DNA of 64,000 bases from an uncultured virus (IMG/VR IMGVR_UViG_3300029705_002947). Lineage: Duplodnaviria; Heunggongvirae; Uroviricota; Caudoviricetes. The notes below the pieces were generated by a model. It worked only from the letters and a program-made list of their open reading frames with translations. It was not told the DNA's origin and did not search any database. Numbering within the stretch: the first letter of the stretch is position 1; the number at the start of each line of letters is the position of its first letter. A program made the position numbers and the translations under genes. Below, in pieces: positions 14,001 through 22,407 of this stretch. The stretch lies in the IMG/VR virus record IMGVR_UViG_3300029705_002947. One strand, written 5' to 3'.

Positions 14001-17000
14001 GTAACTGTTAAATATATAGGAGTTGCTGAAGAGCAAACAACTATACCTGCTAATGAAATAGTAACTAGAACTATTTATTGTATAGAAGGGGATTTATCAG
14101 GAACTGCCAATGCAATTAGATTTGGACCAAACGGAAGTGACCCAACAGAATATGAAAAGAAACAATGTTCTTCACTATTAAATATTATAGAATTGGATTT
14201 ATCTTATTATGAAAAAATAACAGGCTTAATAAGATACTGTACAAATATAACATCAATGAATATAACAAAATATCCTACAGTACCTCTAGTGGGAATTGGT
14301 ATAGAATCAGCATTTGCGTCAGCTAAATCATTAACTTCACTAGATGTTAGTAATTTTGATATTAGAAATGTATTTAGTTTACAATGGACATTCTATGATA
14401 TGATGGCTGTAACAAATATAACAGGATTAGAAACATGGAACACATCTAACGTATCATCAACTAAAAGTATGTTTGATAGATGTTTTAATTTAACTTCATT
14501 AGATGTAAGTAATTTTAATACTAGTAATGTAAAAAATATGGGTTATATGTTTACTAACTGTCAAAAATTAACTGAAATAGTAGGAATAGAAAACTTTATT
14601 ACTACTAACGTACAATACATGGAAGGTATGTTTGCTAGTTGTTATTTAATAACTTCATTAGATGTAAGTAATTTTGATACTAGAAACGTAACTAGTATGG
14701 GATATATGTTCAAAGATTGTCAATCATTAACTTCATTAGATGTAAGTAATTTTGATACTAGTAAAGTAACTGATATGACTAAGATGTTTGAAAATTGTAA
14801 TGTGTTACAAACACTAGATGTAAGTAAATGGAATACTAGTAATGTAACTAATATGCTTGCATTATTCCATTATTGCTATGAACTAGATGGATTAGATGTA
14901 AGTAATTGGGATACTAGTAATGTAACTCATATGGAATCTGTATTTAGACATTGTAGAAAATTAAGTTCATTGGATTTAAGTAAATGGAATACTAGCAAAG
15001 TAAATAATATGGTTAGTATGTTTGGAGATTGTTATTCTTTAACTTCATTAGATATCAGTAATTTTGATATGAGTAATGTTATTAGAGCTGAATGGATGTT
15101 AGCTCGTTTAGACAATGCTACTACTATAAACTTAAATAATATTGTTATACATGATGATTGTGCAATAGAAAATTTCTTTACAAAAACAGAAAAAGCAGAA
15201 AGAATTTATATGAATGAAATAGACACATTAGATAAATTAGTTCAATATCTTCCAGATAGAAGTTCGACTACTACTGGACGTATAATAATGCCTAATAAAG
15301 ACCAAGTGTCTGCAGAAACAGTTGCTTTATTGGCTGGTAAAAACTGGCACCTTGGATACTTAATTGCTTCTTATAAATACGACAGTAATATCTATGAGGA
15401 CTTAATACCTATATTCAATTATGACTTTGGTGTGGATAAATATGTTGTTGTGGATACAAATGATAGTAAGGGTGTAATAACAAGAAATATAGAAGATGTT
15501 GATGGCACTATGCCTACTATAGTTAGATTTGGTAGATGGGATAATACACTTTATCCTAGATATACTTGCTTAATTGAATTATGTGATATGGATACCAACT
15601 ATATAACAAACAATGATTATATGTTTGCTGGTTGTATTAATTTGAAATATATAAATACTACTAATTTTAATACTAGTAAAGTAACTACTATGACAGCAAT
15701 GTTCTTTAAATGCCATAGTTTAACTTCATTAGATGTAAGTAATTTTGATACTAGCAATGTAACTAAAATGGATTGGACATTTGAACAATGTACTAGTTTA
15801 ACTTCATCAGATGTAAGTAAATGGGATACTAGTAAAGTAACTGCTATGAACGGTATGTTTATAAACTGTAATTCATTAACTTCATTAGATGTAAGTAATT
15901 TCGACACTAGTAATGTAACTGGTATGGAAGCTATGTTCCATGGTTGTAATAATTTAACTTCATTAGATGTAAGTAATTTTGATACTAGTAATGTAAATAC
16001 TATGCATGCTATGTTTGAGAATTGTAAATTATTAACTTCATTAGATATAAGTAATTTTGATACTAGTAATGTAACTAATATGAGTTATATATTAACAAAT
16101 ACTCCTGAATTAATTAAAATAACATCAAATGACCTAAATACAACTAATTCAATAATTCCACATTTACCTAACAGAACAGGTAAAGAAGCTGGTACTCTTG
16201 CTTACTATGATATAGACCCAGCATTATTAGATACAGAAACATTACAAGCTAAAAACTGGAATTTAAGCTATGAGCCTATAATGGTTAAATACATCTTTGA
16301 TAGTAATGTATATGAAAACTTCTTACCTATAACACCAAGTTATCCACAATCAAACTATGAAGTTATTGATGATGTGAAAGCTGATGGTAGAGTAGTTAGA
16401 ACATTAAAATATAAATCTGATAAGAGACCTACGAGAATAGTATTTGGTGATTCAAGTAGTGCGTTTACAGAAAGTGGTATTTTATCATTATTAGATGTTT
16501 TATATGTAGATATCAAAGAAAATATATCAAGTATGAATAATATATTTGCTAAAGCTGAAAATGTTACTAGAATTAATACTAGAAATTGGGATACTTCTAA
16601 TGTTATAACTTTATATTGTGCATTCTATTCTTGTAAGTCATTAAAACATTTAGAAGTTGGACATTTTAAAACTGATAATGTTACTGACATGACATTTGTA
16701 TTCTATAATAATAAAGTACTAGAATCAGTAGATGTTACTAATTGGAATACAAGTAATGTTACTGCAATGTATGGATTATTTGGTGGAAGTCCTTTCAAAG
16801 AATTGGATTTAAGTAATTGGGATTTTAGTAAGGCTACTAACGTAAGTGCTTTATTTATGAATTGTGAAGCATTAGAAACATTAAATATTTCAAACTGTAA
16901 CATAAATCCAAACTTAACAATTGAACATATGTTTGGCGGAGCTGATAAATTATCTTTAGTTAATGTTAATAATTGTAGTGCAGATGTTATCAACTTATTA

Positions 17001-17234
17001 TTATCAAAAGTACCTAATAGAACAAATAAAGATAGTATTAAGTTCTATGCATTACATAATACTAAAGAACATGCTTCATTAGATAAAACTACTGCTGATG
17101 CTAGAAACATAAAAATTGTTATTCGTGGTGGTAATATCAAAGCTATTCATTTACCTGATGAATTATTCCAATCTTTAGGATTAGGAAATAATATAAGAGT
17201 TAAACATGTTCATATAGGAGAAAGATTCCTTTAG
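2058..17234 (+). CDS. Giant DUF285/BspA-type leucine-rich-repeat protein (putative receptor-binding fibre), 5058 aa
   Basis: On the order of a hundred ~25-aa repeats LTSLDVS.W.TS.VT.M..MF..C in ten capped modules; SD AAGGAG. Confidence 0.9.
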   Translation: MANIAIYKFNDGIDTLPLFESSYTYSYTDESNGDGTITRTITSDTIPTSISFKDLEGLVSVSYINTESISNFSYLFQNCVNLTSVDLYNISSSQATDMKYMFAGCTGLMSIDLGGLNTGNVLDMSGMFMGCSNIFAIDIKGLNTSKVTSMNSMFQNCENLSSLDMTGMNISALSNIGFMFAGCTNLMSVLFTGLNLNNSMTMTDIFKDCLVLNVVNMDNCNIDDINMMINYLPEREAGSNAKLKVNNSDISGINTTNLTAKNWNLASYEIFLRYVFDKSIYANLIPEFNSGFTGYVVIDEAVNGNMVTRAIGHENLKPSMIRFGNPNGNGQNQSAKQLAIIKILYLDGSNLTTCDLMFHQCQNINYIEPFIITNKCTNTHGMLSGCNKLTSIDISNWDTSNVTNMSYMFRELLQMTSLDVSNLNTSKVTDMTGMFSYCTNAEIINMNGWNTAALTTMRTMFDNCRKLKTIVGLGDLNTSKVTDMYEMFSYCEQLPSLDLSNWDTSNVTSMSKMFRNCRSLVNISLTPSKFNTSKVTDMGGMFDSCWKLTSIDISGFNTSNVTTMYNMFCDCRALTSLNLSSFNTSKVTNMKYMFNGSDDSYMNLETITFGPNWSVANVTDMDCMFGDCYYLTNLDVSNWNTSKVTNMNCLFRNCRSLTSLDVSNWNTNNVTVMSSVFYNCYNLTSLDLSNWNTSKVTTMYCMFCGCKKLTSLSINHLDVSKVTNIDNLINDCYGLTSIDLSNWDTSSVVSMRYVFNATDGTFMNLQEIKLGPGWSKNNTTDMYCMFSDNDKLTKIEGLQYLNTSKVKDMSCMFIRCKKIESLDISNFDTSSVTDMYHMFEECYKVKELDVSNWNTSNLKKAYNLFSKCHSLTSIDVSNWNTSNVTRMDGIFQYCQSLTSLDLSNWRLIDNVNISNMIDYCTNLKTLNINNIKITTANITSNTLADDVYLEKIYTNDVNTIQFLLNTNDIKNRTEMSTGVLVVPSTVNIPTSTMVELINRNWEVRNLVVQYTFDANTYEDVIPEFNAEFTSDKYVVRDEVNETSIGNFEWIVEGIDDTDGGFCSSSNPDIERRTGYISINGNTRYNVEFLDPGTIIYYYTSDKVYIERKSLIVTLDHFITPPNAKFIAIKTGVSWNGTDLEKANISSKTITRTIETVTGELPTRIRFGHRDAESAANDTYEAAHGNPDAANALLKVSELSTNELTNMNDMFRECTRVTEINTNKWNTSKVTEMRCTFEKCDNLSILDVSNWDTSKVTLMGWLFNGCLSLTSIDVSKWNTINTIQMQSMFGSCQSLTSIDVSNFNTSKVNRMNGMFSDCLSLTSLDVSKWNTSNVIYTHQMFYNCQSLTSLDVSKWNTGNLQLMNNMFTNCYKLTSLDVSKWNTSNVTNMNSAFQTCQSLTSIDVSNFNTSNVKNMGYMFRRCENVTSLDVSNWDTSKVTDMSSMFGLCNKLTSLDVSKWNTSNVTDLGYLFDDCIKLTEVKGIENWNTSNVKDINGLFNDAVAIKRIDLSKWDTSKITNSREYLFASRDKTNPMALKTLDITNWTMLSTDNMDSTIFFDNNHGTELQYIKCGTVELANVIIPLLPDRTSKDAGVLLVNSVSGIDTATLLAKNWNLITVENATVVAEYKFNKALYDLVPTFNDDFIDYFVIDSYEDTEDYIINDYLQSGEIPPELLSLEEDEIETIATGDTYRVPAANIVTRKIISTGNLPTAMRFGQMDNVYNAKAASLLSVSQLNTDNLINANYMFKRCMHVKRLDIPNLNMENVVTMVDFIYNCPNIEYVNVAGYNLSNVQDMTGVMAHNTKLTTIEGMNTWVTSSKLVTVYNGFAGDRKLTSIDLSSWTVGNLRNIAELFATCVSITSINLNGWDTTQVRNMDHMFLNCRSLTSLDVSHFNTSYVNSMLGMFQGCKKLTSLNLSNFVNDTVQDLSWMFYDCNELTTIGDVSNWNTVNVYTMAMMFTNCYKLSSLDVSKWNTSKVIDLSSTFAFCQSLTSLDVSNWNTSSLVYMSCLFAGSNRLTTVGSLAKWNISKVNSLYALFSACGSLQSVPGIELWDTKNVTKMHHMFSQCENLTSLDVSKWDVSNVTDMNRMFNRCLKLTTLGDVSNWNTSNVTDMSLLFYLCPLVTSLDVSNWDTSKVTNMSHMFGECASLTSLDVSNFDTRNVTNMYAMFFNCQSLTSLDVSNFNTSKVTNMGSFAGFLKSVKTLNFNNLNATQQKTSIHTDYRFIIEHDNLEKLYINDLYTLATIIGYLLDRTGKTPGKLVTSIRDIIPADIIAILNARNWQIVDIVAHYRFNPDRYENLLPEFNVEFTANDYTIIDTEHVITLDNMYWEPGIIDSTGADAVDSSYASAARSSYLPVRDSLTYDFNIDYCQVFWYDENKALVAASGLYGKNQGVSNGSKCYAPADAKYLRIYRGVGSTTNVSITARYIDRILEATTTKLPARFIFGLNADSGDQTPREESLLEVLDLNCSNLYDATKTFAYCTRVKFIRSSWIGNHINNMYDMFAGCRNLVSLDLSNLNTANVGRLDFVFLVCEKLTTVGDISKWDTSNAWTMAATFQGCVKLQSLDLSRWNTSKVRTMNKMFLNCHKLTTIGDVSNWDTGNVTTIANMFSYCYSLQSLNLSNWNVVKVTDMYQLFLHCETLTTVGDISNWNTGNVKNMSNVFVRCYKLSSLNVSNWDTSNATSMHDMFGYCESLTSLDLSNWNVSNVTDLSGMFIKCYKLTTVGDLANWDVRKVNSVAWMFEHAESITNLNIANWQTDSLTKMNSAFTFTYKLQTLDLRKWNTVNVTDANNMFTSAAFTTLDISNFDLSNATNISNMIAGNCGQIKYLKCNNVTTLNKIKGFLPTKTAADPGYIICKASNISSLDKATFTSKYWNIVDVSTQLKTVARYRFNKTMCDLVPIFNTGYMGFIEDISTNGDLVTRKIEHLVLPTKIKFGDSGDYANGGTPMSHSLYNVYELDTSNATDLTQLFRFCTNLETIECKMIAEKVQYMMGMFNCCFKLKAVDVTGIKTDKVSSFVTIFAGCHALTAVDVSGWNTSKVTDMHQLFDACHAITEIKGLENWDTSNVTRMSNMFLYNQKVYALNVNNWNTSKATDMSRMFAYCQQLTTLDLSNWDTRNVTSMESLFDNCVNLTSVGDLGNWNTSKVWDMKTMFQHCDRLSSLNVSNWDVSNVNRLHYTFAYCQNLSVIDVSKWNTKNVKYIAGIFNTCKKLYHIDVSKWDTSNVVDMNWVFGQCDNIITDVSNWNTSNVTSMQGMFANTSVDNGLDVSNFDTSKVWDMKYMFYNCWGLQSINVSNWDTRNVEDMNYMFQRCRSLKSLDVSNFDTSKLRVADKFICELESIETLNLNNVDFTNANITEFFSNKLNTLNKLYVNKVETLDLVLPNLPDRSATTSGKLMTSIRALIPEETVNALTAKNWIICDTIVNYTFDANRYENLLPEFNIEFTEDDYTVIDEVHDHVLDIEFKDNIDWSYTQPTNSYYREGYKCTNLINCIPNILYILKSPINVMFFDENKNYISDACNSEGDTYPKTIVSPSNAKYMTFGRSLTNNREFDVRYKIVNRTIESVNGKLPTMIRFGVEGDGIEGDTTERSMSLLSVLDMCTRNLTIAACMFRRCKNLTKVNINHFIVPEFAKDIFAECNSIEKIDVSGWDTSNVTSLRGIFCYCYALTEIVGLENWNTTNVQDMHGIFNQDGKLKSVNVGNWNTANVTNMRLLFSDCSSLTNLDLSGWNTDKVEDTHAMFSNCTSLTTIGNIKKWTTSKVNNMAWMFNMCNNLEIQDVSGWDTRNVTDMNNMFSNCYKMTKLDVSGWDVSKVTNMDYMFNNLNCLTLNLANFNWSNVTANFDGMFRTTNTTSPSLVRLNLPSYDMNTNLGTDFLVNQKNLKFVKCENKNNIIKIIDHLPTRPANDPGKIYTKIALSEFTEIAISTLAAKNWSIVSVSEGLKVLTKYKFAKSIWGSMLPVINRPDKELTNYFIEDEYLDTDSVTVKYIGVAEEQTTIPANEIVTRTIYCIEGDLSGTANAIRFGPNGSDPTEYEKKQCSSLLNIIELDLSYYEKITGLIRYCTNITSMNITKYPTVPLVGIGIESAFASAKSLTSLDVSNFDIRNVFSLQWTFYDMMAVTNITGLETWNTSNVSSTKSMFDRCFNLTSLDVSNFNTSNVKNMGYMFTNCQKLTEIVGIENFITTNVQYMEGMFASCYLITSLDVSNFDTRNVTSMGYMFKDCQSLTSLDVSNFDTSKVTDMTKMFENCNVLQTLDVSKWNTSNVTNMLALFHYCYELDGLDVSNWDTSNVTHMESVFRHCRKLSSLDLSKWNTSKVNNMVSMFGDCYSLTSLDISNFDMSNVIRAEWMLARLDNATTINLNNIVIHDDCAIENFFTKTEKAERIYMNEIDTLDKLVQYLPDRSSTTTGRIIMPNKDQVSAETVALLAGKNWHLGYLIASYKYDSNIYEDLIPIFNYDFGVDKYVVVDTNDSKGVITRNIEDVDGTMPTIVRFGRWDNTLYPRYTCLIELCDMDTNYITNNDYMFAGCINLKYINTTNFNTSKVTTMTAMFFKCHSLTSLDVSNFDTSNVTKMDWTFEQCTSLTSSDVSKWDTSKVTAMNGMFINCNSLTSLDVSNFDTSNVTGMEAMFHGCNNLTSLDVSNFDTSNVNTMHAMFENCKLLTSLDISNFDTSNVTNMSYILTNTPELIKITSNDLNTTNSIIPHLPNRTGKEAGTLAYYDIDPALLDTETLQAKNWNLSYEPIMVKYIFDSNVYENFLPITPSYPQSNYEVIDDVKADGRVVRTLKYKSDKRPTRIVFGDSSSAFTESGILSLLDVLYVDIKENISSMNNIFAKAENVTRINTRNWDTSNVITLYCAFYSCKSLKHLEVGHFKTDNVTDMTFVFYNNKVLESVDVTNWNTSNVTAMYGLFGGSPFKELDLSNWDFSKATNVSALFMNCEALETLNISNCNINPNLTIEHMFGGADKLSLVNVNNCSADVINLLLSKVPNRTNKDSIKFYALHNTKEHASLDKTTADARNIKIVIRGGNIKAIHLPDELFQSLGLGNNIRVKHVHIGERFL

Positions 17235-17244
17235 AATTAACAAA

Positions 17245-17256
17245 AACAAATACATA
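17245..17256 (+). promoter_or_regulatory. Late-type promoter motif
   Basis: AACAAATACATA, embedded in the left arm of an inverted repeat. Confidence 0.55.
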
Positions 17257-17291
17257 AGAGATTACAACATCTCTTATGTATTTGATTTTTT
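17247..17291 (+). terminator. Terminator after the LRR gene
   Basis: CAAATACATAAGAGAT...ATCTCTTATGTATTTG plus T-run. Confidence 0.7.
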
Positions 17292-17347
17292 ATGTAAGTG
17301 ATGTTGTAAATTAAATATTCAATAATAAAGGAGAGTGTAAATTAATC

Positions 17348-20300
17348 ATGGCTGATAAAAGAAATAACGTCGTAATCGGTGGATCTTTAATGCCTTCTGG
17401 TAAAGATACACCTATAGACGCAAGATCAAGAATAGATACAATCGCAGATGTTGAAACGATTGAATTACCATATGTCGGTATGATGTTCTATGTTAAAGAT
17501 GAACAGAAATTCTATGTAGTAAACTCTTTAAAATCAAAAGTCATAAATGGTATAAAAGTAGAAGGAATGTTAATAGATAAATATGCTGAAATAGCCATGG
17601 GAAAATCTGCATTTGATATAGCAGTTGAAAATGGTTATGAAGGTAATGAATTAGATTGGTTAGATGGCTTAGTTGGACCTCAAGGACCTATGGGACCAGT
17701 TGGACCACAAGGTGAACAAGGTATACAAGGACCTAAAGGTGAACAAGGTTTAGTCGGACCTGTTGGACCACAAGGACCAAGAGGAGAACAAGGACCTATG
17801 GGACCAGAAGGACCTCAAGGTTTAAAAGGTGATAAAGGGGACCAAGGTGAACAAGGTATACAAGGACCTCAAGGTGAAATGGGACCACAAGGACCTCAAG
17901 GTAAAGCAGGACCAGAAGGTGAACAAGGTCTTCAAGGACCAATAGGACCTATGGGACCTCAAGGTATACAAGGACCAGAAGGACCTCAAGGACCAGTTGG
18001 ACCTAAAGGAGATCAAGGTATCCAAGGTATACAAGGACCTCAAGGGGAAGTTGGACCTAAAGGTGAACAAGGACCTCAAGGTCTTCAAGGACCTCAAGGT
18101 GAAAGAGGACCTAAAGGAGATCAAGGACCTCAAGGTGAACAAGGTCTAATAGGACCTATGGGACCTCAAGGACCTCAAGGTATACAAGGTGTAAGAGGAG
18201 AAAAAGGGGACCAAGGAGAAGTTGGACCAATAGGACCTCAAGGACCTCAGGGTGTACAAGGTATACAAGGTGAAGTGGGACCACAAGGACCTCAAGGTAT
18301 ACAAGGACCTAGAGGAGAAAAAGGTGAAAGAGGTGCTGATGGTACTTCTGTTAAAATAGTTGGTGTATTAGATGCTGTTAGTGATTTAGATAACCTTGCT
18401 GATGAAGAAGTTGGTAACGGTTACATCATAAAAGCAAACGGACACTTATACGTTTGCGTTGAACCAAATAAATTTGTTGATGCTGGTGAAATAAAAGGAC
18501 CAAAAGGAGACCAAGGTCCACAAGGGGAACAAGGACCTCAGGGACCACAAGGACCTCAAGGATTCTCTGCATATCAAGCATGGAAAACATTAGAAGGAAA
18601 TGCTAATAAAACTGTAGAAGAATATATGGAATCAATGAGAGGACCTGCTGGACCTCAAGGACCTCAAGGAGCAGTTGGACCTCAAGGACCTCAAGGTATA
18701 CAAGGTGAAAGAGGATTCTCTGCATATCAAGCTTGGAGAACTATAGAAGGAAATGAAGAAGGTACTGTAGAAGAATTTATAGAATCAATGAGAGGACCTC
18801 AAGGTATACAAGGACCTATGGGAGAAAAAGGTGAACAAGGTGTTCAAGGACCACAAGGTGAAATAGGACCTGCTGGACCAGAAGGACCTATGGGACCACA
18901 AGGACCTGTTGGACCACAAGGTGAAAGAGGTCACTCTGCTTATATGGCTTGGAAAACTTTAGAAGGAAATGAAGCTGGAACTGTAGAAGATTTTATAGCT
19001 TCTTTAAAAGGAGAACAAGGACCTCAAGGTGAAAGAGGAGAACAAGGTATACCTGGAGAAAAAGGTGAACAAGGTGTTCAAGGACCACAAGGATTACCAG
19101 GTGAAAAAGGAGACCAAGGACCACAAGGTGAACAAGGACCTAAAGGTGAAAAAGGAGATAAAGGTGACCAAGGTGAAAAAGGACCACAAGGACCTCAAGG
19201 TATCCAAGGTGAAATAGGACCACAAGGACCTCAAGGTTTACAAGGTGAACAAGGACCTATGGGAGAAACTGGACCACAAGGACCTATAGGACCACAAGGT
19301 GAACAAGGTATACAAGGACCTCAAGGTGAAAGAGGACCAGAAGGAAAACAAGGACCACAAGGAGAAGTTGGACCTCAAGGACCACAAGGACCACAAGGAC
19401 ACTCTGCTTATATGGCTTGGAAAACTTTAGAAGGAAATGAAGCTGGAACTGTAGAAGATTTCGTAGCTTCTTTAAAAGGTGAAAAAGGAGATCAAGGAGA
19501 AGTTGGACCTCAAGGACCACAAGGTGAAAGAGGAGAACAAGGACTTCAAGGTGAAAAAGGAGATCAAGGAGAAGTTGGACCTCAAGGACCACAAGGTGAA
19601 AGAGGAGAACAAGGACCACAAGGTGAAGTTGGACCTCAAGGACCACAAGGTGAAAGAGGAGAACAAGGACCTGCTGGACCACAAGGACCTCAAGGAGAAG
19701 TTGGACCACAAGGTGAACAAGGACCTCAAGGACCACAAGGTGAAAGAGGTGCTGATGGTACTTCTATACATATAATAGGTGTTATACCTACTGAAGCAGA
19801 TATAAAAGATATAGTTGGTGAACAAGCAGGAGATTGTTATGTTATAGAAGATAATGGTCATTTAATAGTATTTAATGGAACGGATTCATTTGTTGATCTT
19901 GGTAAAATAGTAGGACCACAAGGACCTAAAGGAGATCAAGGTGAACAAGGTCTTCAAGGACCTCAAGGTGAACAAGGACCTGTTGGACCACAAGGACCAC
20001 AAGGTGAAGTTGGACCTCAAGGTGAACAGGGTATACAAGGAGAAGTTGGACCTCAAGGTGAAGCTGGATATACTCCTGTTAAAGGTGTAGACTATTTCAC
20101 TAAAGAAGATATAGAACAAATAAGCTATGATGATTCGGAATTAAGAGCTTTAATAGATGAAGAAAAACCTTACTTAATGGATATAGATGCATATCCAACT
20201 AGTAAATTCTTATTTGCATGTGGTATACCTATGTACGTTAATGTAAATAAAGACCATAAATATAGTGCGGAATTACCTGAAGATGAAATAATCTGTAGTT

Positions 20301-21553
20301 ATATGTGGAATGAACGATTAGAGTATATAAATGTACCTGCAGCAGATGCTGGTAAATTAATGGTATTCGGAGGATACGGACCAAATAATGTTAATATTAA
20401 GAGAAGTTTACCAGCTACTAAAGTGGTTGCTAGAGGAGTTAATATCAAAGGTATTTGTGGTGGTAGCTACTTTGAAGGTATAGTTGGAAATGCTGAAATA
20501 GATATTAAAGATTGTGTTATGAAACAAATAATCGGTGCTGGTTGGTGTGGTGCGTCAGTAAATGGAAAACCAGCTAGAGTGAATGTAGTTCACGATGTTA
20601 TAATAAAAGCTGAAAATATGACTGGTTGTTCATTATTATTCGGTGGTTCTCAAGGATTCGGTATTGCTGATACAATTAATATAAAATTAATTAATTGTGA
20701 AGTAGGTTGGTTGACTGCTGGAGGTTCTAATGGATGTTCTAGAAATGCAGTAGTAGAAATAAACGGAGGAAAATATACTTGTGTTCAAACTACAAACAGA
20801 GGTATAGTAAATAATGCTAAAATTATATTAAATGACGGTTTAGTACAAGGATTCTACTGTGGAGGAGAAACTGAAGATAAATCGGTTAACGGTATTATAG
20901 AAGATTGTGAAGTAGTATTAAATGGAGGTACTATTAACAGATTCAATAAAGGTACAAATAACGGTGTTGATGGAGATGTTGATGTTCATGGTATTATAGC
21001 TAAAACTAACGTTGTTATCGGAAATATTCAAATGCTTGAAAAAGTAGACGAAACTATTGATGATAGTGACCTTATAAAACAAATTCAAGCTCTTAAGGAG
21101 GAATTAGCAATGGCTAAACAAGAATTACGAGATATGAAATATGGTATAGACTATGAATGGATACATGAAATAAAACAATCTGTTCCTGGAATGTATGTAT
21201 TCGATCGTGAAACGGCTCCTAAACTTTTTGAAGAAATGGATTTCGTTGAAGAAGAATATAACAACGGTAATATTACTAATGCAGAATATGAGGCTTGGTG
21301 GACTCAATTCATAGAAAAAGATAACTACAGACTTTATGCTTTAAGATTAGTTGAAGACCACAAGGCTTTAAACAGATATGATGCATTAATACCATATGAT
21401 GGAAGTTTAGTACAAGTAAAAGGAGAAGGTTTAGAAAACTGGGATGCTGTACCTAAAGCAAACTGGACTTGGACTTTTGATGGAGAACAAATAATATTAA
21501 ATGGAATGTCAACATCTAATATGGTATTTGTAATTTTAAAAGTTAAGCATTAA
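17348..21553 (+). CDS. Collagen-like (Gly-X-Y) tail fibre protein
   Basis: Long GPQ/GEQ/GEK tracts interrupted by SAY..W...GN.GT.E.F..S knobs; N-terminal P.DAR...Y.GM..YV domain; Gly-rich beta-helix-like C-terminal region. Confidence 0.9.
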   Translation: MADKRNNVVIGGSLMPSGKDTPIDARSRIDTIADVETIELPYVGMMFYVKDEQKFYVVNSLKSKVINGIKVEGMLIDKYAEIAMGKSAFDIAVENGYEGNELDWLDGLVGPQGPMGPVGPQGEQGIQGPKGEQGLVGPVGPQGPRGEQGPMGPEGPQGLKGDKGDQGEQGIQGPQGEMGPQGPQGKAGPEGEQGLQGPIGPMGPQGIQGPEGPQGPVGPKGDQGIQGIQGPQGEVGPKGEQGPQGLQGPQGERGPKGDQGPQGEQGLIGPMGPQGPQGIQGVRGEKGDQGEVGPIGPQGPQGVQGIQGEVGPQGPQGIQGPRGEKGERGADGTSVKIVGVLDAVSDLDNLADEEVGNGYIIKANGHLYVCVEPNKFVDAGEIKGPKGDQGPQGEQGPQGPQGPQGFSAYQAWKTLEGNANKTVEEYMESMRGPAGPQGPQGAVGPQGPQGIQGERGFSAYQAWRTIEGNEEGTVEEFIESMRGPQGIQGPMGEKGEQGVQGPQGEIGPAGPEGPMGPQGPVGPQGERGHSAYMAWKTLEGNEAGTVEDFIASLKGEQGPQGERGEQGIPGEKGEQGVQGPQGLPGEKGDQGPQGEQGPKGEKGDKGDQGEKGPQGPQGIQGEIGPQGPQGLQGEQGPMGETGPQGPIGPQGEQGIQGPQGERGPEGKQGPQGEVGPQGPQGPQGHSAYMAWKTLEGNEAGTVEDFVASLKGEKGDQGEVGPQGPQGERGEQGLQGEKGDQGEVGPQGPQGERGEQGPQGEVGPQGPQGERGEQGPAGPQGPQGEVGPQGEQGPQGPQGERGADGTSIHIIGVIPTEADIKDIVGEQAGDCYVIEDNGHLIVFNGTDSFVDLGKIVGPQGPKGDQGEQGLQGPQGEQGPVGPQGPQGEVGPQGEQGIQGEVGPQGEAGYTPVKGVDYFTKEDIEQISYDDSELRALIDEEKPYLMDIDAYPTSKFLFACGIPMYVNVNKDHKYSAELPEDEIICSYMWNERLEYINVPAADAGKLMVFGGYGPNNVNIKRSLPATKVVARGVNIKGICGGSYFEGIVGNAEIDIKDCVMKQIIGAGWCGASVNGKPARVNVVHDVIIKAENMTGCSLLFGGSQGFGIADTINIKLINCEVGWLTAGGSNGCSRNAVVEINGGKYTCVQTTNRGIVNNAKIILNDGLVQGFYCGGETEDKSVNGIIEDCEVVLNGGTINRFNKGTNNGVDGDVDVHGIIAKTNVVIGNIQMLEKVDETIDDSDLIKQIQALKEELAMAKQELRDMKYGIDYEWIHEIKQSVPGMYVFDRETAPKLFEEMDFVEEEYNNGNITNAEYEAWWTQFIEKDNYRLYALRLVEDHKALNRYDALIPYDGSLVQVKGEGLENWDAVPKANWTWTFDGEQIILNGMSTSNMVFVILKVKH

Positions 21554-21590
21554 TATAAATTAAAATCACATAAGAAAGAGGTGAAATTGA

Positions 21591-22310
21591 ATGGCACTTT
21601 CCGAAGAAGCTATACTTCAACAAATTAACGTATTGACTACTAAAACAGCAGAAAATGCTGAAATGATATTTAAATCAATTCCAGCATTAAATAAAGGATT
21701 GAATCCTGAATACTTTAAAGGTAATGATACTAAAATAGTCAATGCTATAAATAAATTGGCTGCTGAAGTTGACGTATTAAATGAAGCAGTTATAAATATG
21801 ATAACAAAAGTTAATAGTGTTCTTATGGATACTAATGGTACTGCTAATAAAGAAGAGTGGGAAGAAACTCAACAATTGATGGGTGAAGAAACTATCATAG
21901 AGGGTATCAAAGCTATGTTGGAAGGTAAACTTCAAGATAAGCTATTACAATTAGATCCAGCAGATAAAGATAAATTACTTTCAGTAGTAATAAATACAGA
22001 AGGAGTTCCTGAAGTTAAACCAGTATCTATAGATTCACTTACTGTGGAAGTTGGAGCATATGATGTTTCTTACGCTAATAGAGATTTTAAACAATTAAAC
22101 AGTATAGGTGAAGCAATAGATCATATTCTTGATGATATAAAACAACCAAAAGATTGGGATCAACTTGTAAATGTACCTAAAATAGCAGATGAATTGGTGA
22201 TAGAAGAAAATGAATTAATATTAAAATCATTAGAGGATGATGAATTATCTGTTATACCTATAACTAATGATAGTGATATAGATAATATAATCAACTCTTT
22301 AGATATTTAA
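21591..22310 (+). CDS. Fibre-associated hypothetical protein
   Basis: ORF with SD; KIVNAINKL motif; C-terminal ITNDSDIDNII motif. Confidence 0.65.
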   Translation: MALSEEAILQQINVLTTKTAENAEMIFKSIPALNKGLNPEYFKGNDTKIVNAINKLAAEVDVLNEAVINMITKVNSVLMDTNGTANKEEWEETQQLMGEETIIEGIKAMLEGKLQDKLLQLDPADKDKLLSVVINTEGVPEVKPVSIDSLTVEVGAYDVSYANRDFKQLNSIGEAIDHILDDIKQPKDWDQLVNVPKIADELVIEENELILKSLEDDELSVIPITNDSDIDNIINSLDI

Positions 22311-22321
22311 TGTCTTATAAG

Positions 22322-22333
22322 AACAATACAGTA
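22322..22333 (+). promoter_or_regulatory. Late-type promoter motif
   Basis: AACAATACAGTA, followed by a hairpin at 22343-22366. Confidence 0.6.
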
Positions 22334-22407
22334 AAGGTAAATTTGGGCTTATTTTTATAAGCCCAACTTATTAATAAAAATCTAATTAAAAAAGGAGTGT
22401 ATTATAA

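Noticed and set aside
2058..17234. Diversity-generating retroelement acting on the LRR repeats
   Set aside because: No reverse transcriptase in the window and no TR/VR pair differing only at adenines was seen; an element elsewhere in the genome cannot be excluded
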